The position numbers and the translations under genes are program-made. Source: Terriglobia bacterium (GTDB lineage Bacteria > Acidobacteriota > Terriglobia > Bryobacterales > Bryobacteraceae). From it: DNA of 63,263 bases. A model generated the notes under the pieces. It was not told the origin of the DNA and did no database searches. It saw nothing but the letters and a program-made list of their open reading frames with translations. Below are positions 32,140-41,765 of this stretch, piece by piece. Position 1 is the stretch's first letter. Each line of letters starts with the position of its first letter. The stretch spans positions 1 through 63,263 of the forward strand of contig JAFAWA010000038.1 in assembly GCA_019242155.1 (NCBI GenBank), written 5' to 3'.

Positions 32140-34436
32140 CTTGGGTCTCTCCTTACCGCCAGCTCACCGGCTGTCACCGGCGATTTTACTCTCATTTGAA
32201 ACGGCGCACTCTTAACTATTCCGAGTATAAGCGATGAGAACCGATTCCCGTTCCGCGCGGCATCGCGCGTAATCGAACGAACCACCGGCATATCGTAATA
32301 CTTCAAGCCCCGGCCCACTCCGTAGATCAGAAGCTTCTCAGTCAACGTGGAGACAAACAGATCCGAGCGGCTGAGTAATGCTTGCCGCAGGCTGGCGGGG
32401 CCGTCCAGCTTCGTGCCGTCCACCATTTCCCCCGATGCGTCAATCGGCGTGCCTCCGTCCGTCGCGCGCCATTTCCCGATCAGGTCGAAATTCTCCATCG
32501 AGAATCCTATGGGGTCCATGATCTTGTGGCATGCCGCGCAGACCGGATTTTGCCGGTGCTCTTCCAGCCTTTCGCGGACGGAAGTTGCCTGTTTGCTGCC
32601 TTCATTCTCTTTGAGCGGCGGCACGTTGGGAGGCGGCAGCGGCGGCGCCGTTCCCATTAGGTTTTCGAGAATCCACTTACCGCGCTGGACCGGCGAGGTC
32701 CGGTTCGCGACCGAAGTCACAAGTAGAATACTTCCCTGACCCAGCAGACCCCGCCGCGCGTCATCTTTGAGCGCGACGCGCCGGAAATTGCTCCCGAATA
32801 CATTACGAATTCCGTAGTGACGCGCCAGAGTCTCGTCCACAAACGTGTAGTCGGCGGTCAGCAGATCGACCACATTGCGGTCTTCCTGGATTACGCTCCC
32901 GAAAAACAGCTCGGTTTCGCGCCGGAACGCCTGGCGGAGATTGTCATTGAACTCCTTCGATTCCGGCTTGGCGTTTCGAAGCTCCCGCAGATACAACCAC
33001 TGATCGGCGAAGTCGGTTACGAGAGATTCGGAGCGGGCGTCCGACAGCATTCTCCGCACCTGATGTTCGAGCACCGCGGGCTCATGCAGTTTGCCTTGAC
33101 TCGCCGCTTCGAGAAGCTCGTCGTCCGGTATGCTGCTCCAGAGAAAAAACGCGAGCCGCGAGGCCAGCTCGAGATCACTGATGCGGTATGGAGTTCCCGC
33201 CGTAACGTTTGAGGGCTCGCGCTCGAACCGAAACACAAATCGCGGATCGAACAGCACACGCGCGAGCGCCTTCTCAACTCCGGAATCGAAGCTGCCCTGG
33301 TTGCGCCCCGACTGATAAAAGCTCAGCAGGAGTTCCAGGTCCGCGTCCGTTACCGGTCGGCGGAAGGCACGCCGCGCTACTGTGGTCAGGATCTGTTTGG
33401 CGCAGGACGTCTCTTCACTTTCCGAGGCCGGCCGGCATACGAAGATGCGCCGCCGGCTGGGAGTGTCTCCCGGCCCTTTAGGATTTAGAGGCCCGGTGAT
33501 AGCAACACTCTGTACGCCGGAGTTGTTGGCGTAGGTGCGCCATAGGTCGTCCGCACCCGGCGGATTTTTGCGAACGAAGGCCACGCCGATGGTTTGCGGG
33601 CCTGCAGGCACGGAAAGGCGAAGGTCCAGAGTTCCCCCGGCTTTGACCAGTTTGATGCGCTCACCGTTCAATGTGACTTCCAGATCCTCATCTTGGAACC
33701 CGGCGGCCCCAAGACCGATGGCGGCGGGCCTGGCACGAATCTTGAAGGAGTATTCGGCGTCGAGCGGGAACGTGTGGCGCACGAGCAAGCCACCGCGGGT
33801 CCCCAACGGCAATCCTTCGATGTGATCGGACTGAGAGAGATCGGAAGCCGCGCGGTAGGTGGTCGTGGCGGGCGTAATTCCCGAATCACCCACGGCAATG
33901 CGGCTGATCTTCTCGGCGGCGGCAATGTATCGCTCGAGCAGCGCCGGAGAAACTGCCAGGGCATCGGCGACGTTATCAAAGCCTTCACTGGAATCATCCG
34001 CGGGTAAGAGGGTAGAGACGTCGACCTCCAGATCCAGCAGATCGCGGATGGAGTTGCCGTACTCGGTTCGGTTCAGCCGGTGCAAGGCCGTAGTCCCCGG
34101 ATTGGGGTGGGCGGCGGAAGCACTGTCGAGCGTCTTTTCGAGTTCGGCGGCGAATGCGTCAAGCGTAGCGCGGTCCGGCCTGCGGGCGCCGCTCGGCGGC
34201 ATCATACCGGCGCGGATCTTGTGGACTACTTTCTCCCAGGTCTCGGGATCGTTACCGGGTCGAGCAGGATCGAGACTGTCCAGAGTCAGTCCGCCGGTTT
34301 TTAGCTTGTCGTTGTGGCATCCGGTGCAATATTGCTTCACCAGCCTTCGCTGCGGAGACGCCGGGGTAGGCGTGTCCGCGGGGGCGGTTGCACAGAAACC
34401 GAATAGAACCGCGGCAGCGGCGAGCCCAAATTTCAT
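32136..34436 (-). CDS. Heme-motif protein of the DUF1587/DUF1592/DUF1595/DUF1588/DUF1585 (planctomycete-type) family
   Basis: The track ORF extends to 34544. The signal peptide MKFGLAAAAVLFGFCATAPA starts at ATG 34436, which overlaps the ankyrin gene stop as ATGA. An N-terminal CTGCHNDKLKTGGLTLDSLD and a C-terminal CAACHKIMDPIGFSMENFDLIGKWR are both present. Confidence 0.78.
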   Translation of the reverse strand: MKFGLAAAAVLFGFCATAPADTPTPASPQRRLVKQYCTGCHNDKLKTGGLTLDSLDPARPGNDPETWEKVVHKIRAGMMPPSGARRPDRATLDAFAAELEKTLDSASAAHPNPGTTALHRLNRTEYGNSIRDLLDLEVDVSTLLPADDSSEGFDNVADALAVSPALLERYIAAAEKISRIAVGDSGITPATTTYRAASDLSQSDHIEGLPLGTRGGLLVRHTFPLDAEYSFKIRARPAAIGLGAAGFQDEDLEVTLNGERIKLVKAGGTLDLRLSVPAGPQTIGVAFVRKNPPGADDLWRTYANNSGVQSVAITGPLNPKGPGDTPSRRRIFVCRPASESEETSCAKQILTTVARRAFRRPVTDADLELLLSFYQSGRNQGSFDSGVEKALARVLFDPRFVFRFEREPSNVTAGTPYRISDLELASRLAFFLWSSIPDDELLEAASQGKLHEPAVLEHQVRRMLSDARSESLVTDFADQWLYLRELRNAKPESKEFNDNLRQAFRRETELFFGSVIQEDRNVVDLLTADYTFVDETLARHYGIRNVFGSNFRRVALKDDARRGLLGQGSILLVTSVANRTSPVQRGKWILENLMGTAPPLPPPNVPPLKENEGSKQATSVRERLEEHRQNPVCAACHKIMDPIGFSMENFDLIGKWRATDGGTPIDASGEMVDGTKLDGPASLRQALLSRSDLFVSTLTEKLLIYGVGRGLKYYDMPVVRSITRDAARNGNRFSSLILGIVKSAPFQMRVKSPVTAGELAVRRDPR

Positions 34437-35983
34437 CGCGCGTTCTCCGCCACCGTCTTCTGACCCATTAATTTCTCGAGCAATGCGATGGTGCTGGGCT
34501 TTCGCTCGGGCGGCACAGTTGCAAGAAATTGGCCCTCGGCCCAACTCATCAAAGGACGCCCCTCTTTGTCCTTCAAATCGAGACGGGCGCCGTGCTGGAA
34601 TAGAAATTCGACGATCTCATTCGATCCGCGATTCACTGCCCCGAAAATAGCGGTCAAGCCCATGGAATTCGCCGTGTTTACATCCGCTCCCTTTTGGAGG
34701 CATAGCTTGACGGCTTCCATGAGGGATTCTTTGGATTCGGTGTAAGTCTGCCCCACGGACCAATTGATGCCGGAGGCAGCCATCAAAGCCGTGCTTCCCG
34801 CATAGGTTGGAATGTTGGGATCGGCGCCGTGGTCGAGCAGCAGCCGCATCACTGTAATATCGCCGGATTGAGCAGCTCGCAAGAAGGGCGTCTGGCCCGT
34901 GAAATCGGCCCAGGAGAGATCGCTGATCGGCATCACCCAACGCCGAATCGGCGGAACCTCTTTTGTCCGCGCGTTTACCTTGGCGCCGTGGTCGAGCAGA
35001 GTCTTGAGAAATGTGAGCGGGGCTTCGCGGTCAACATTGTGCTCATCGGAGTGCCCGTAGGTGAATTCGAGATTGCGAATATCAACCGTCTCCCATAGCG
35101 GCGTCCGTCCCCAGAAATCGGTGGCGTTGACATCGGCGCCATGGTCAACGAGAAATTTCGCCAGTTCCAGATGTTCATTGGCGACGGCAATCAACAGCGG
35201 TGTCACGCCGTCAGCTTCGGCCTGGTTGATATCGGCCTTGCCCGCCACGAGCATTTGCGCGATATCCATCCGGCCGTCACGCGAAGCATACAGCAAGGCG
35301 GTCATTCCGCCGGGCGTGGCCTCGCGGGCACCGCGTTCGGGCCATCCACCGCGAATGATTCCCGCGCCGTGCGAACCGCCTCCGGCGTTGGGAGGCCGCC
35401 AGGCGGGAGTCTTACCGACTCGTGTTCGAACGTTGAGGTCCGCGCCGCGCTCGATCAGCAGCCGCACGAGACCGGGTTGATACTCGCGCACCGCGAACAT
35501 TAACGGAGTCTCCTCGGCCACTTGATCCTTCGCATTGACGGACGCGCCGTGATCGATCAATAGCCGCGCGGCTTCCACATTTCCGGTGTGGATGACTTTC
35601 ATCAACGCGGTGTTGCCGCTGGGATCGGCAGAATCGGCGTTGGCTCCGGCGTCCAGAAGCTTCCGGATCATCGGCACGCTCCCATTAGCGCACGCCAAAG
35701 ATAGCGGTGTGAGCCCGTAGCGGTCCGCGGCCTTAACGTTGGCCCCGGCATGGAGAAGCAGGTCCGCGGTTTCGAGATCATCTACCCGGACGGCCCAGTG
35801 CAGGGCGGTCGTACCGTCCGGCAAGGGCTCGTTGACATCTACTTTCTGCTCCACTAGAGATCGAACGGCCGCCCGATCGCCTTTCTGCGCCGCATCCGCC
35901 AGGCGGGGATCATGCCCGGGCGCAGCAAAAGCCCCCAGAGATCCCACGAACAGAAGCCACCACCCGCCGCCTAACCGTTTCAT
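34433..35983 (-). CDS. Secreted ankyrin-repeat protein
   Basis: 516 aa with a signal peptide (MKRLGGGWWLLFVGSLGAFAAPG). It then carries many ANK repeats (DGTTALHWAVR..DLETADLLLHAGANVKA; GLTPLSLACANGSVPMIRKLLDAGANADS; and others). Confidence 0.88.
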   Translation of the reverse strand: MKRLGGGWWLLFVGSLGAFAAPGHDPRLADAAQKGDRAAVRSLVEQKVDVNEPLPDGTTALHWAVRVDDLETADLLLHAGANVKAADRYGLTPLSLACANGSVPMIRKLLDAGANADSADPSGNTALMKVIHTGNVEAARLLIDHGASVNAKDQVAEETPLMFAVREYQPGLVRLLIERGADLNVRTRVGKTPAWRPPNAGGGSHGAGIIRGGWPERGAREATPGGMTALLYASRDGRMDIAQMLVAGKADINQAEADGVTPLLIAVANEHLELAKFLVDHGADVNATDFWGRTPLWETVDIRNLEFTYGHSDEHNVDREAPLTFLKTLLDHGAKVNARTKEVPPIRRWVMPISDLSWADFTGQTPFLRAAQSGDITVMRLLLDHGADPNIPTYAGSTALMAASGINWSVGQTYTESKESLMEAVKLCLQKGADVNTANSMGLTAIFGAVNRGSNEIVEFLFQHGARLDLKDKEGRPLMSWAEGQFLATVPPERKPSTIALLEKLMGQKTVAENAR

Positions 35984-35996
35984 AAAATCTCCTTTG

Positions 35997-36848
35997 TTAT
36001 GCGCCTGCGATCAGTTCCACGGTGAATCCATTGGGGTCCCGGAACCGGACCGTGTGCTCCTCGGAAGGCACGACCTCCACCCCGAGCTTCTTCAACCGGT
36101 CGGTTGCCTCTCGCCGGTTGAATCCGGCAACCCGGACACTGAATCGGTCCACGCACGGCATTCGCCCCGCGCCTGCCGGCTCCAATCCCAGTTTGGTCCC
36201 CGCCGCTTGAAACCATACGCGCGCCGGCTTGGCCACGCGAGAGGTTTCCATGCCGAAAAATTTCCGATAGTAACCGACCGACTTCTCCAGATCCGATACG
36301 GCCAGCACGAGGTGGTCAAAACCAATCGCCTGAACCGCCGGCGGTTCTTGAGAGATTCGGGTGTTGGGGATGATGGTCTTGGCCAGTCCTCCGGGCGCAC
36401 CCAGCAGCTGCAGGCGCAGACCATCCGGGTCCGGTATCATACCCACGGGCCCGATAGGCAGGCCGGCCTGCTCGAGAGCAGCTCGCATCTCGGCGGGCTT
36501 GTAGTCCGTGACAAGCGCGCAGAAGTGATCAATGCGCGGCATGGTGTTCGTAGCATTGGTATTGATTCCACCGAACGCAAGGTAGCTTATACCCATTCGG
36601 GCGTAAAATCTGGGAGGTGGATCCTTCTCCTGAAACAATTGGGGATCGAAGATCCGGCCATAAAACTTGGCCGAGGCCTCTTGATCGGGCACAGTCATCC
36701 CGAGATGCTCGAGCCCGCTGGTGCGCAATGGGAGAGGTGATCCTTGCGCCCGAAGTTCCGAACGAACCCACGCGCCAGCCGTAAGTGCCCCAAATGAGCG
36801 TAGTACCCCGCGCCGGCTCCAGCCGTTACCGATCCTAGCCAATTTCAC
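35997..36848 (-). CDS. Tat-signal VOC (glyoxalase/bleomycin-resistance/dioxygenase) family protein, two VOC modules
   Basis: 283 aa with the twin-arginine-like SRRGVLRSFGALTAGAWV. Two repeats of the VOC pattern are present (LEHLGMTVPDQEASAKFYGRIF... and FDHLVLAVSDLEKSVGYYRKFFGME...). Confidence 0.75.
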   Translation of the reverse strand: MKLARIGNGWSRRGVLRSFGALTAGAWVRSELRAQGSPLPLRTSGLEHLGMTVPDQEASAKFYGRIFDPQLFQEKDPPPRFYARMGISYLAFGGINTNATNTMPRIDHFCALVTDYKPAEMRAALEQAGLPIGPVGMIPDPDGLRLQLLGAPGGLAKTIIPNTRISQEPPAVQAIGFDHLVLAVSDLEKSVGYYRKFFGMETSRVAKPARVWFQAAGTKLGLEPAGAGRMPCVDRFSVRVAGFNRREATDRLKKLGVEVVPSEEHTVRFRDPNGFTVELIAGA

Positions 36849-36998
36849 CTCCTCGCGGAGGTACTTTATCAGAAATAGAAGCCGGGCTGAATCCCCCTGC
36901 CTGGCGTAACTGGCGCTCGTCAGGCTTTGCAGCGGCGCTAATACAGGCGCCCAGAAGGCTTTTGCCTGCGCGGGCGGTTATTGCGGGACCTAGCGGGC

Positions 36999-38306
36999 TT
37001 ATTGAAAGACACGCTCGAAGATGCGGTCGATGTTCCGAAGCTGGCGATCGAGCGAGAAGGCTTCCGCAATCTGCGCCGGTGTGAGAACGCCGCGAATCTC
37101 GGGATCGGCTTCGATGGCCGCGCGAAAGTCGCCATCGTTTTCCCAGGCGCGCATGGCATGGCCCTGCACGATCCGATAGGCCTGCTCGCGTAACATCCCG
37201 GCAGCGGCAAGGTCTAGGAGTAACTGCCCCGAAAACACCAGCCCGCGGGTCATTTCCAGGTTGCGCCGCATGCGTTCCGGATAGACGAGCAGTTTATCCA
37301 CGAGTTGGGTAGTGCGGGCAAGCAGGTAGTCCGTGAGAATCGTGGAATCCGGTAGAATTACGCGCTCGACCGAGGAATGCGAGATGTCGCGCTCGTGCCA
37401 CAAGGCGACGTCTTCAAAAGCCGCCTGAGCGTTGGCGCGGACCACGCGCGCGAGGCCGCAGATCTGCTCGGAGGTGACCGGATTACGCTTGTGGGGCATG
37501 GCGGAGCTGCCCTTTTGCCCTGGCGAGAAATACTCTTCGGCCTCGCGCACCTCTGTGCGCTGGAGATGGCGAACTTCGAGGGCAATGCGCTCGCAGAGCG
37601 CCGTTACCAGCGCAAGCACGGCGACGAAATTGGCGTGGCGGTCGCGCGGAATCACCTGAGTGGTCGCGGGCGCCGGGTTCAGATGCAGCTTTTCTAGAAT
37701 GCGCGCTTCGACCTCAGGCCCGATATGGGCGTAGGTGCCTACCGCGCCGGATGTCTTGCCCACGCGCAGCTCCGCCGCGGCCGCATGCAGGCGTGCGAGA
37801 TTGCGGCCGGCCTCATCGTACCAGATGGCCAGTTTCAGCCCGAAGGTTATCGGCTCGGCGTGTACTCCGTGTGTGCGGCCGATCTGCAGCGTGTGTTGGA
37901 ATTCACGGGCACGGCGGCCGAGCACGGCGCGCATATCTTCGAGATCGCCCAGCAGAATGGCGCTCGCCTGCTGGAGCTGCAGGGCCTGGGCGGTATCCAC
38001 GATGTCGTTAGAAGTGAGGCCGTAGTGCAGCCACCTTGAGGCCTCGGCGTGCCCGGCCCGGGCCATAGTCTCGGCCACGGCCGTGGTAAATGCGATGACA
38101 TCGTGTTTAACTTCGTTCTCGATCTCGAAGATGCGCGGCACCTCAAAACCGGCATGCCGGCGCAGAAGGCGAGCGGCTTCGGCGGGGACTTCGCCCAACT
38201 CGGCGAGCGCTTCCGATGCCGCGAGTTCCACTTCGAGCCACTGCTCAAACCTGTTCTGGTCGCTCCAGATCCGGCCCATTTCGGGGCGGGTGTATCGAGG
38301 AATCAT
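36999..38306 (-). CDS. purB: Adenylosuccinate lyase
   Basis: 435 aa with MIPRYTRPEMGRIWSDQNRFEQWLEVE and the signature GSSAMPHKRNP. Confidence 0.96.
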   Translation of the reverse strand: MIPRYTRPEMGRIWSDQNRFEQWLEVELAASEALAELGEVPAEAARLLRRHAGFEVPRIFEIENEVKHDVIAFTTAVAETMARAGHAEASRWLHYGLTSNDIVDTAQALQLQQASAILLGDLEDMRAVLGRRAREFQHTLQIGRTHGVHAEPITFGLKLAIWYDEAGRNLARLHAAAAELRVGKTSGAVGTYAHIGPEVEARILEKLHLNPAPATTQVIPRDRHANFVAVLALVTALCERIALEVRHLQRTEVREAEEYFSPGQKGSSAMPHKRNPVTSEQICGLARVVRANAQAAFEDVALWHERDISHSSVERVILPDSTILTDYLLARTTQLVDKLLVYPERMRRNLEMTRGLVFSGQLLLDLAAAGMLREQAYRIVQGHAMRAWENDGDFRAAIEADPEIRGVLTPAQIAEAFSLDRQLRNIDRIFERVFQ

Positions 38307-38313
38307 GAATTGG

Positions 38314-39090
38314 TCAGAATCGGAAAACTTCCGAAGGGCTATTTTGCTGAAGAATGGTCAGACACGGCGCGAGGCCGCGCGCTTCGAGTGCCTGGGCGGC
38401 GAACATACGCGCGATTTCCGGATGATTATTCTGCTCGCTGATGTGTCCGAGCATCAGATGGGATACGCTCGGCGGAAGGTCCTGTTCAATGTATTCCGAC
38501 ATGACAAGATTCGAGAGATGGCCGACACGGCTCATGACACGCTGCTTGACCGACCACGGATATGGACCGACCTTCAACATGTCTAAATCGTGATTTGCTT
38601 CGAGCACGAGAAGGTCTGTGCGGCGCAGGTGGTAGCGGACGGATACAGGCAGATAGCCCAGGTCAACGGCAACGCCAATGCGAACGCCGTGAGTTTCAAA
38701 ACAGAAGCCCACGGGATCGGCTGCATCGTGCGGAACGCTGAAGCTGTTGACTTCGATATCGCCGATTTCAAACGTTGCGCCCGCCTGAAATGTCTGGAGC
38801 TGCGGCACGGCCTCTCCCCAGTCAATGAGTGGAGCAGTGAGGCGAGTCAGGTAGATTTGGGCCCGGCACTTCTTATTCCGTGCGAGTACCGGAAGACCGG
38901 CGACGTGGTCGGAATGCTCGTGAGTAATGAGAATTGCGTCGAGCCGTTCAATCTCCTCCCCGATACAAGCCAAGCGGCGGCCGATCTCTCTCAAGCTCAA
39001 ACCGGCGTCGAGAAGAATGCGGGTGTTTTCCGTCGCAAGTAGCGCGGCGTTTCCCGCACTACCACTGGCTAATACACAAAAGGATACGAT
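38314..39090 (-). CDS. MBL-fold metallo-hydrolase; probable non-canonical ATC start
   Basis: The track ORF (TTG 39000) starts inside the fold, with HEHSDHVAGL just downstream. The same open frame upstream encodes the conserved first strand IVSFCVLASGSAGNAALLATENTRILLDAG. It has no ATG, GTG or TTG back to the in-frame TGA. AAGGAG sits 5 nt before ATC (39090). Confidence 0.7.
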   Translation of the reverse strand: MVSFCVLASGSAGNAALLATENTRILLDAGLSLREIGRRLACIGEEIERLDAILITHEHSDHVAGLPVLARNKKCRAQIYLTRLTAPLIDWGEAVPQLQTFQAGATFEIGDIEVNSFSVPHDAADPVGFCFETHGVRIGVAVDLGYLPVSVRYHLRRTDLLVLEANHDLDMLKVGPYPWSVKQRVMSRVGHLSNLVMSEYIEQDLPPSVSHLMLGHISEQNNHPEIARMFAAQALEARGLAPCLTILQQNSPSEVFRF

Positions 39091-39211
39091 AAGGGCTCCT
39101 TTGACACTCCAGCATACACCGGACCCGGTTCTTCAAGAGCTTCAGTATGGGGCTTTGACCTCCTTGTTTCCAGACCCAAAGGTGGAGCCGAAGTACCAGC
39201 ACTGCCTTCGT

Positions 39212-39224
39212 GCGGTCACCGGCG
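39212..39224. promoter_or_regulatory. GGTCAC-motif copy (13-mer GCGGTCACCGGCG, identical to 45778-45790)
   Basis: It lies in the TBDR/MBL spacer, and the following ...CTAAT.C is also shared with the 45.8-kb copy. Confidence 0.4.
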
Positions 39225-39246
39225 AACCTAATCCATCCCGCCTAGT

Positions 39247-41679
39247 TTAGAAAGAAAACCCCACTCCTCCGAGCGCGGTTACCCCAGAAGCCCGGTATCC
39301 TTCCGGATAATACGTTTTGTTGAAAAGATTGTCGACCTTTCCGTATACTCGAACGGCCCGGCTTTCTTTAGTCCAGAACTGATAGCTGCCGACGAAATCG
39401 GCTTTGGTCCAACCGGGAATCAGATATGCCTGGTTGTAACCGATGTAGGCGTTCAGCGAACTCGAGTACTTGTACATATCAAAAGTGGTCGTCAACCGCT
39501 TGCCCCATTGTTTGATGATGACGAGCGAAGCACTGTGCCGAGGCACATCGAATATCTGCCAGTAGCCGGGGACAGTGCTGTCCTGATCCGTTTCGGCTCG
39601 CGTGTAGGTGTACGACCCCGTGATCGTCATTCCCGCCATAGGCCGGGCTTCGCCGCTGAATTCCGCGCCCCGCGAGATCCCGCCGGCCCCGTTGATGTAC
39701 CCTGAGGTGCGGCCGTACGGATCGGTGACCGGCAGGATGTTCAGAAACTCGGTGACCTGTACGATACGCGTGTAGAAGAAGGTTCCCGACAACCGAATCC
39801 GGTTTCTAAAGAAATACTGATCCACACCGCCGTCGACGGAGTTGTATCGATCCGGCGCCAGGCGGGGATCTCCGTACGGGGTGAAGACCACCAACTTCGG
39901 ATTCGCGGGGTCGTTATAAAATCCCGCTCCAAAGCGCTCGTAGAGCCCCGGAGCCCGATATGAGTTGCCCACATGAGCGCGCAACTTGGTGCTGGTCTTG
40001 GCAAGAGTGTATGCCACTGATGTGTCGCCCGTCAGCGGCCGCGGCGCCTGCAGCGGCGAATTCACGTATGGATTTGCGGTTCCGGCGTATTCGAAATCAG
40101 GAGTTTTGATCTGGAAGGACTGTGCACGCCCGGAGAACGAAATCTGCAGGCGCTGATTCAACAGCGATAGGCGTGCTGCGAAATATCCGGCGTTCGAATT
40201 CTGCTGCGCATGCGTCGACTCTATGATGAGCTGGGGCGTGGGCAGATTATTGTCCTGGTGATCCGTATAGAACTCACGCTCGAACTCGTAGCCGCCGGAA
40301 AGCGAGAACCAGTGCGTGAAATCCGCTGTTGCGCGCAGGTCAAAGTTATCGATGTTCCCGGCATATTTACCATAATTCGTCGCCAGCGGCTGATAACCGA
40401 CTCCGCCCGGACCGTTTGTGTAAATCCGGTCGGTGCTCGTTTTGTTGTAGATCGCCTGCCAGTTGAATTTCGATGAAACCACGTCTTTGAACGTCACAGC
40501 TCCAGCCAGGAAATGGGACGCGCGCCGGTCGTCCGGATCCCACACATTCGGGACGAATGTGGCGTTCCCGAAGTTGGGTGATCCGCCCAAGGCAAACGCA
40601 TTGGCCTGCGCCACCGTTGCAGGGATGGCGGGGATCGGACCACTCGCCGGCAGGTTCGCCGGATTGATAACCGAGTTTGTCGGGCTATTCCCAAACATCA
40701 GGAAGTCGTCGGTTCCCCAGAAGCGCCCGGTAACGCTCATGCGCGGCGTCAGATTGTAGCGAAGTTGCCCCTGGACACCGGAATTCCTCCAGGGACTGTG
40801 TCCGTCGACACCTTCCATCACGTTTATGGTGACCAGGCCGACGCTGTACTGCAGCCGGTCTTGGAGCGCGCCGCCTCCGAGGCTTGCGCGTCCGCGGTAC
40901 ATGCCGAGGCTGCCGCCCTCCAACTGAATCTGCCCGTGGAATGGACCGCCTCCTTCCTTGGTCACCAGATTGATCGTGCCGCCGACGGCGTTCGTCCCAT
41001 AGAGCGACGAGCCGGAGCCTCGCAGAACCTCCACATGATCCACGTTGACCACCGTCATTGATTCGATGAACGAGCTGATGTCGCCCTGAGGATTGGCGGA
41101 ATCGCGAAGACGAATTCCGTCCACCAGGACCGCCGTGGCGTCAGCCCGGAGACCGCGGGAACTAATCGTGGTCCACTGCCCGGGGCCGCCCAAGTTTTGA
41201 ATGGTCACTCCCGGAGTGGTGGTCAACATATCCGAGATATTGTTGACGTTTCGATTCTCGATTTCCGCTGCGGAGACCACCGTAATGGGCTTGGACACTT
41301 CGTCCAGCATCTGCGCGCCCCCTTCGGCTGTCACGATCACCTGTTGGTTCACACCGGCGAGTTCTAAGGAAACGTCCAGATCTTTACTACTGCTCTTTTG
41401 GATTGTTACGCCCGTGGTCTGGGTGCGGAATCCATCCTTTTGGACCTGCAGTAGAAAGCTGCCCGGCGGGACCCCGACAAACTGATACTGTCCCGAGTCG
41501 GGAGTAACCGTGCGCGAAAATGCGGTTGAGTCCTGCTGGAAGATCTGCACGGTCGCGCCGCTCACCGCATTTCCTTGCGGATCGACGATCCTGCCCCGCA
41601 GTGCGGTTTCGCTTTGCGCGTATAAACCAGAACCCGCGAATACGGTTGTAAATAGCGCAGCTAGTCTGAACGACGTCAT
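39247..41679 (-). CDS. TonB-dependent receptor with N-terminal carboxypeptidase-regulatory-like domain
   Basis: The track ORF extends to 41919, but the signal peptide MTSFRLAALFTTVFAGSGLYAQ starts at ATG 41679. The CarboxypepD_reg-like region is LRGRIVDPQGNAVSGATVQIF and the plug is ITVVSAAEIENR..GVTIQNLGG. A long barrel ends in GGVGFSF with a terminal Phe. Confidence 0.9.
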   Translation of the reverse strand: MTSFRLAALFTTVFAGSGLYAQSETALRGRIVDPQGNAVSGATVQIFQQDSTAFSRTVTPDSGQYQFVGVPPGSFLLQVQKDGFRTQTTGVTIQKSSSKDLDVSLELAGVNQQVIVTAEGGAQMLDEVSKPITVVSAAEIENRNVNNISDMLTTTPGVTIQNLGGPGQWTTISSRGLRADATAVLVDGIRLRDSANPQGDISSFIESMTVVNVDHVEVLRGSGSSLYGTNAVGGTINLVTKEGGGPFHGQIQLEGGSLGMYRGRASLGGGALQDRLQYSVGLVTINVMEGVDGHSPWRNSGVQGQLRYNLTPRMSVTGRFWGTDDFLMFGNSPTNSVINPANLPASGPIPAIPATVAQANAFALGGSPNFGNATFVPNVWDPDDRRASHFLAGAVTFKDVVSSKFNWQAIYNKTSTDRIYTNGPGGVGYQPLATNYGKYAGNIDNFDLRATADFTHWFSLSGGYEFEREFYTDHQDNNLPTPQLIIESTHAQQNSNAGYFAARLSLLNQRLQISFSGRAQSFQIKTPDFEYAGTANPYVNSPLQAPRPLTGDTSVAYTLAKTSTKLRAHVGNSYRAPGLYERFGAGFYNDPANPKLVVFTPYGDPRLAPDRYNSVDGGVDQYFFRNRIRLSGTFFYTRIVQVTEFLNILPVTDPYGRTSGYINGAGGISRGAEFSGEARPMAGMTITGSYTYTRAETDQDSTVPGYWQIFDVPRHSASLVIIKQWGKRLTTTFDMYKYSSSLNAYIGYNQAYLIPGWTKADFVGSYQFWTKESRAVRVYGKVDNLFNKTYYPEGYRASGVTALGGVGFSF

Positions 41680-41765
41680 GAATATTTCCTTTCCGATTGG
41701 GCCATGATTCGATAGCGCAAGACGGGGACAGGCCGACATCGGCTGCCCGTGTGCGTTAGCGGCAG

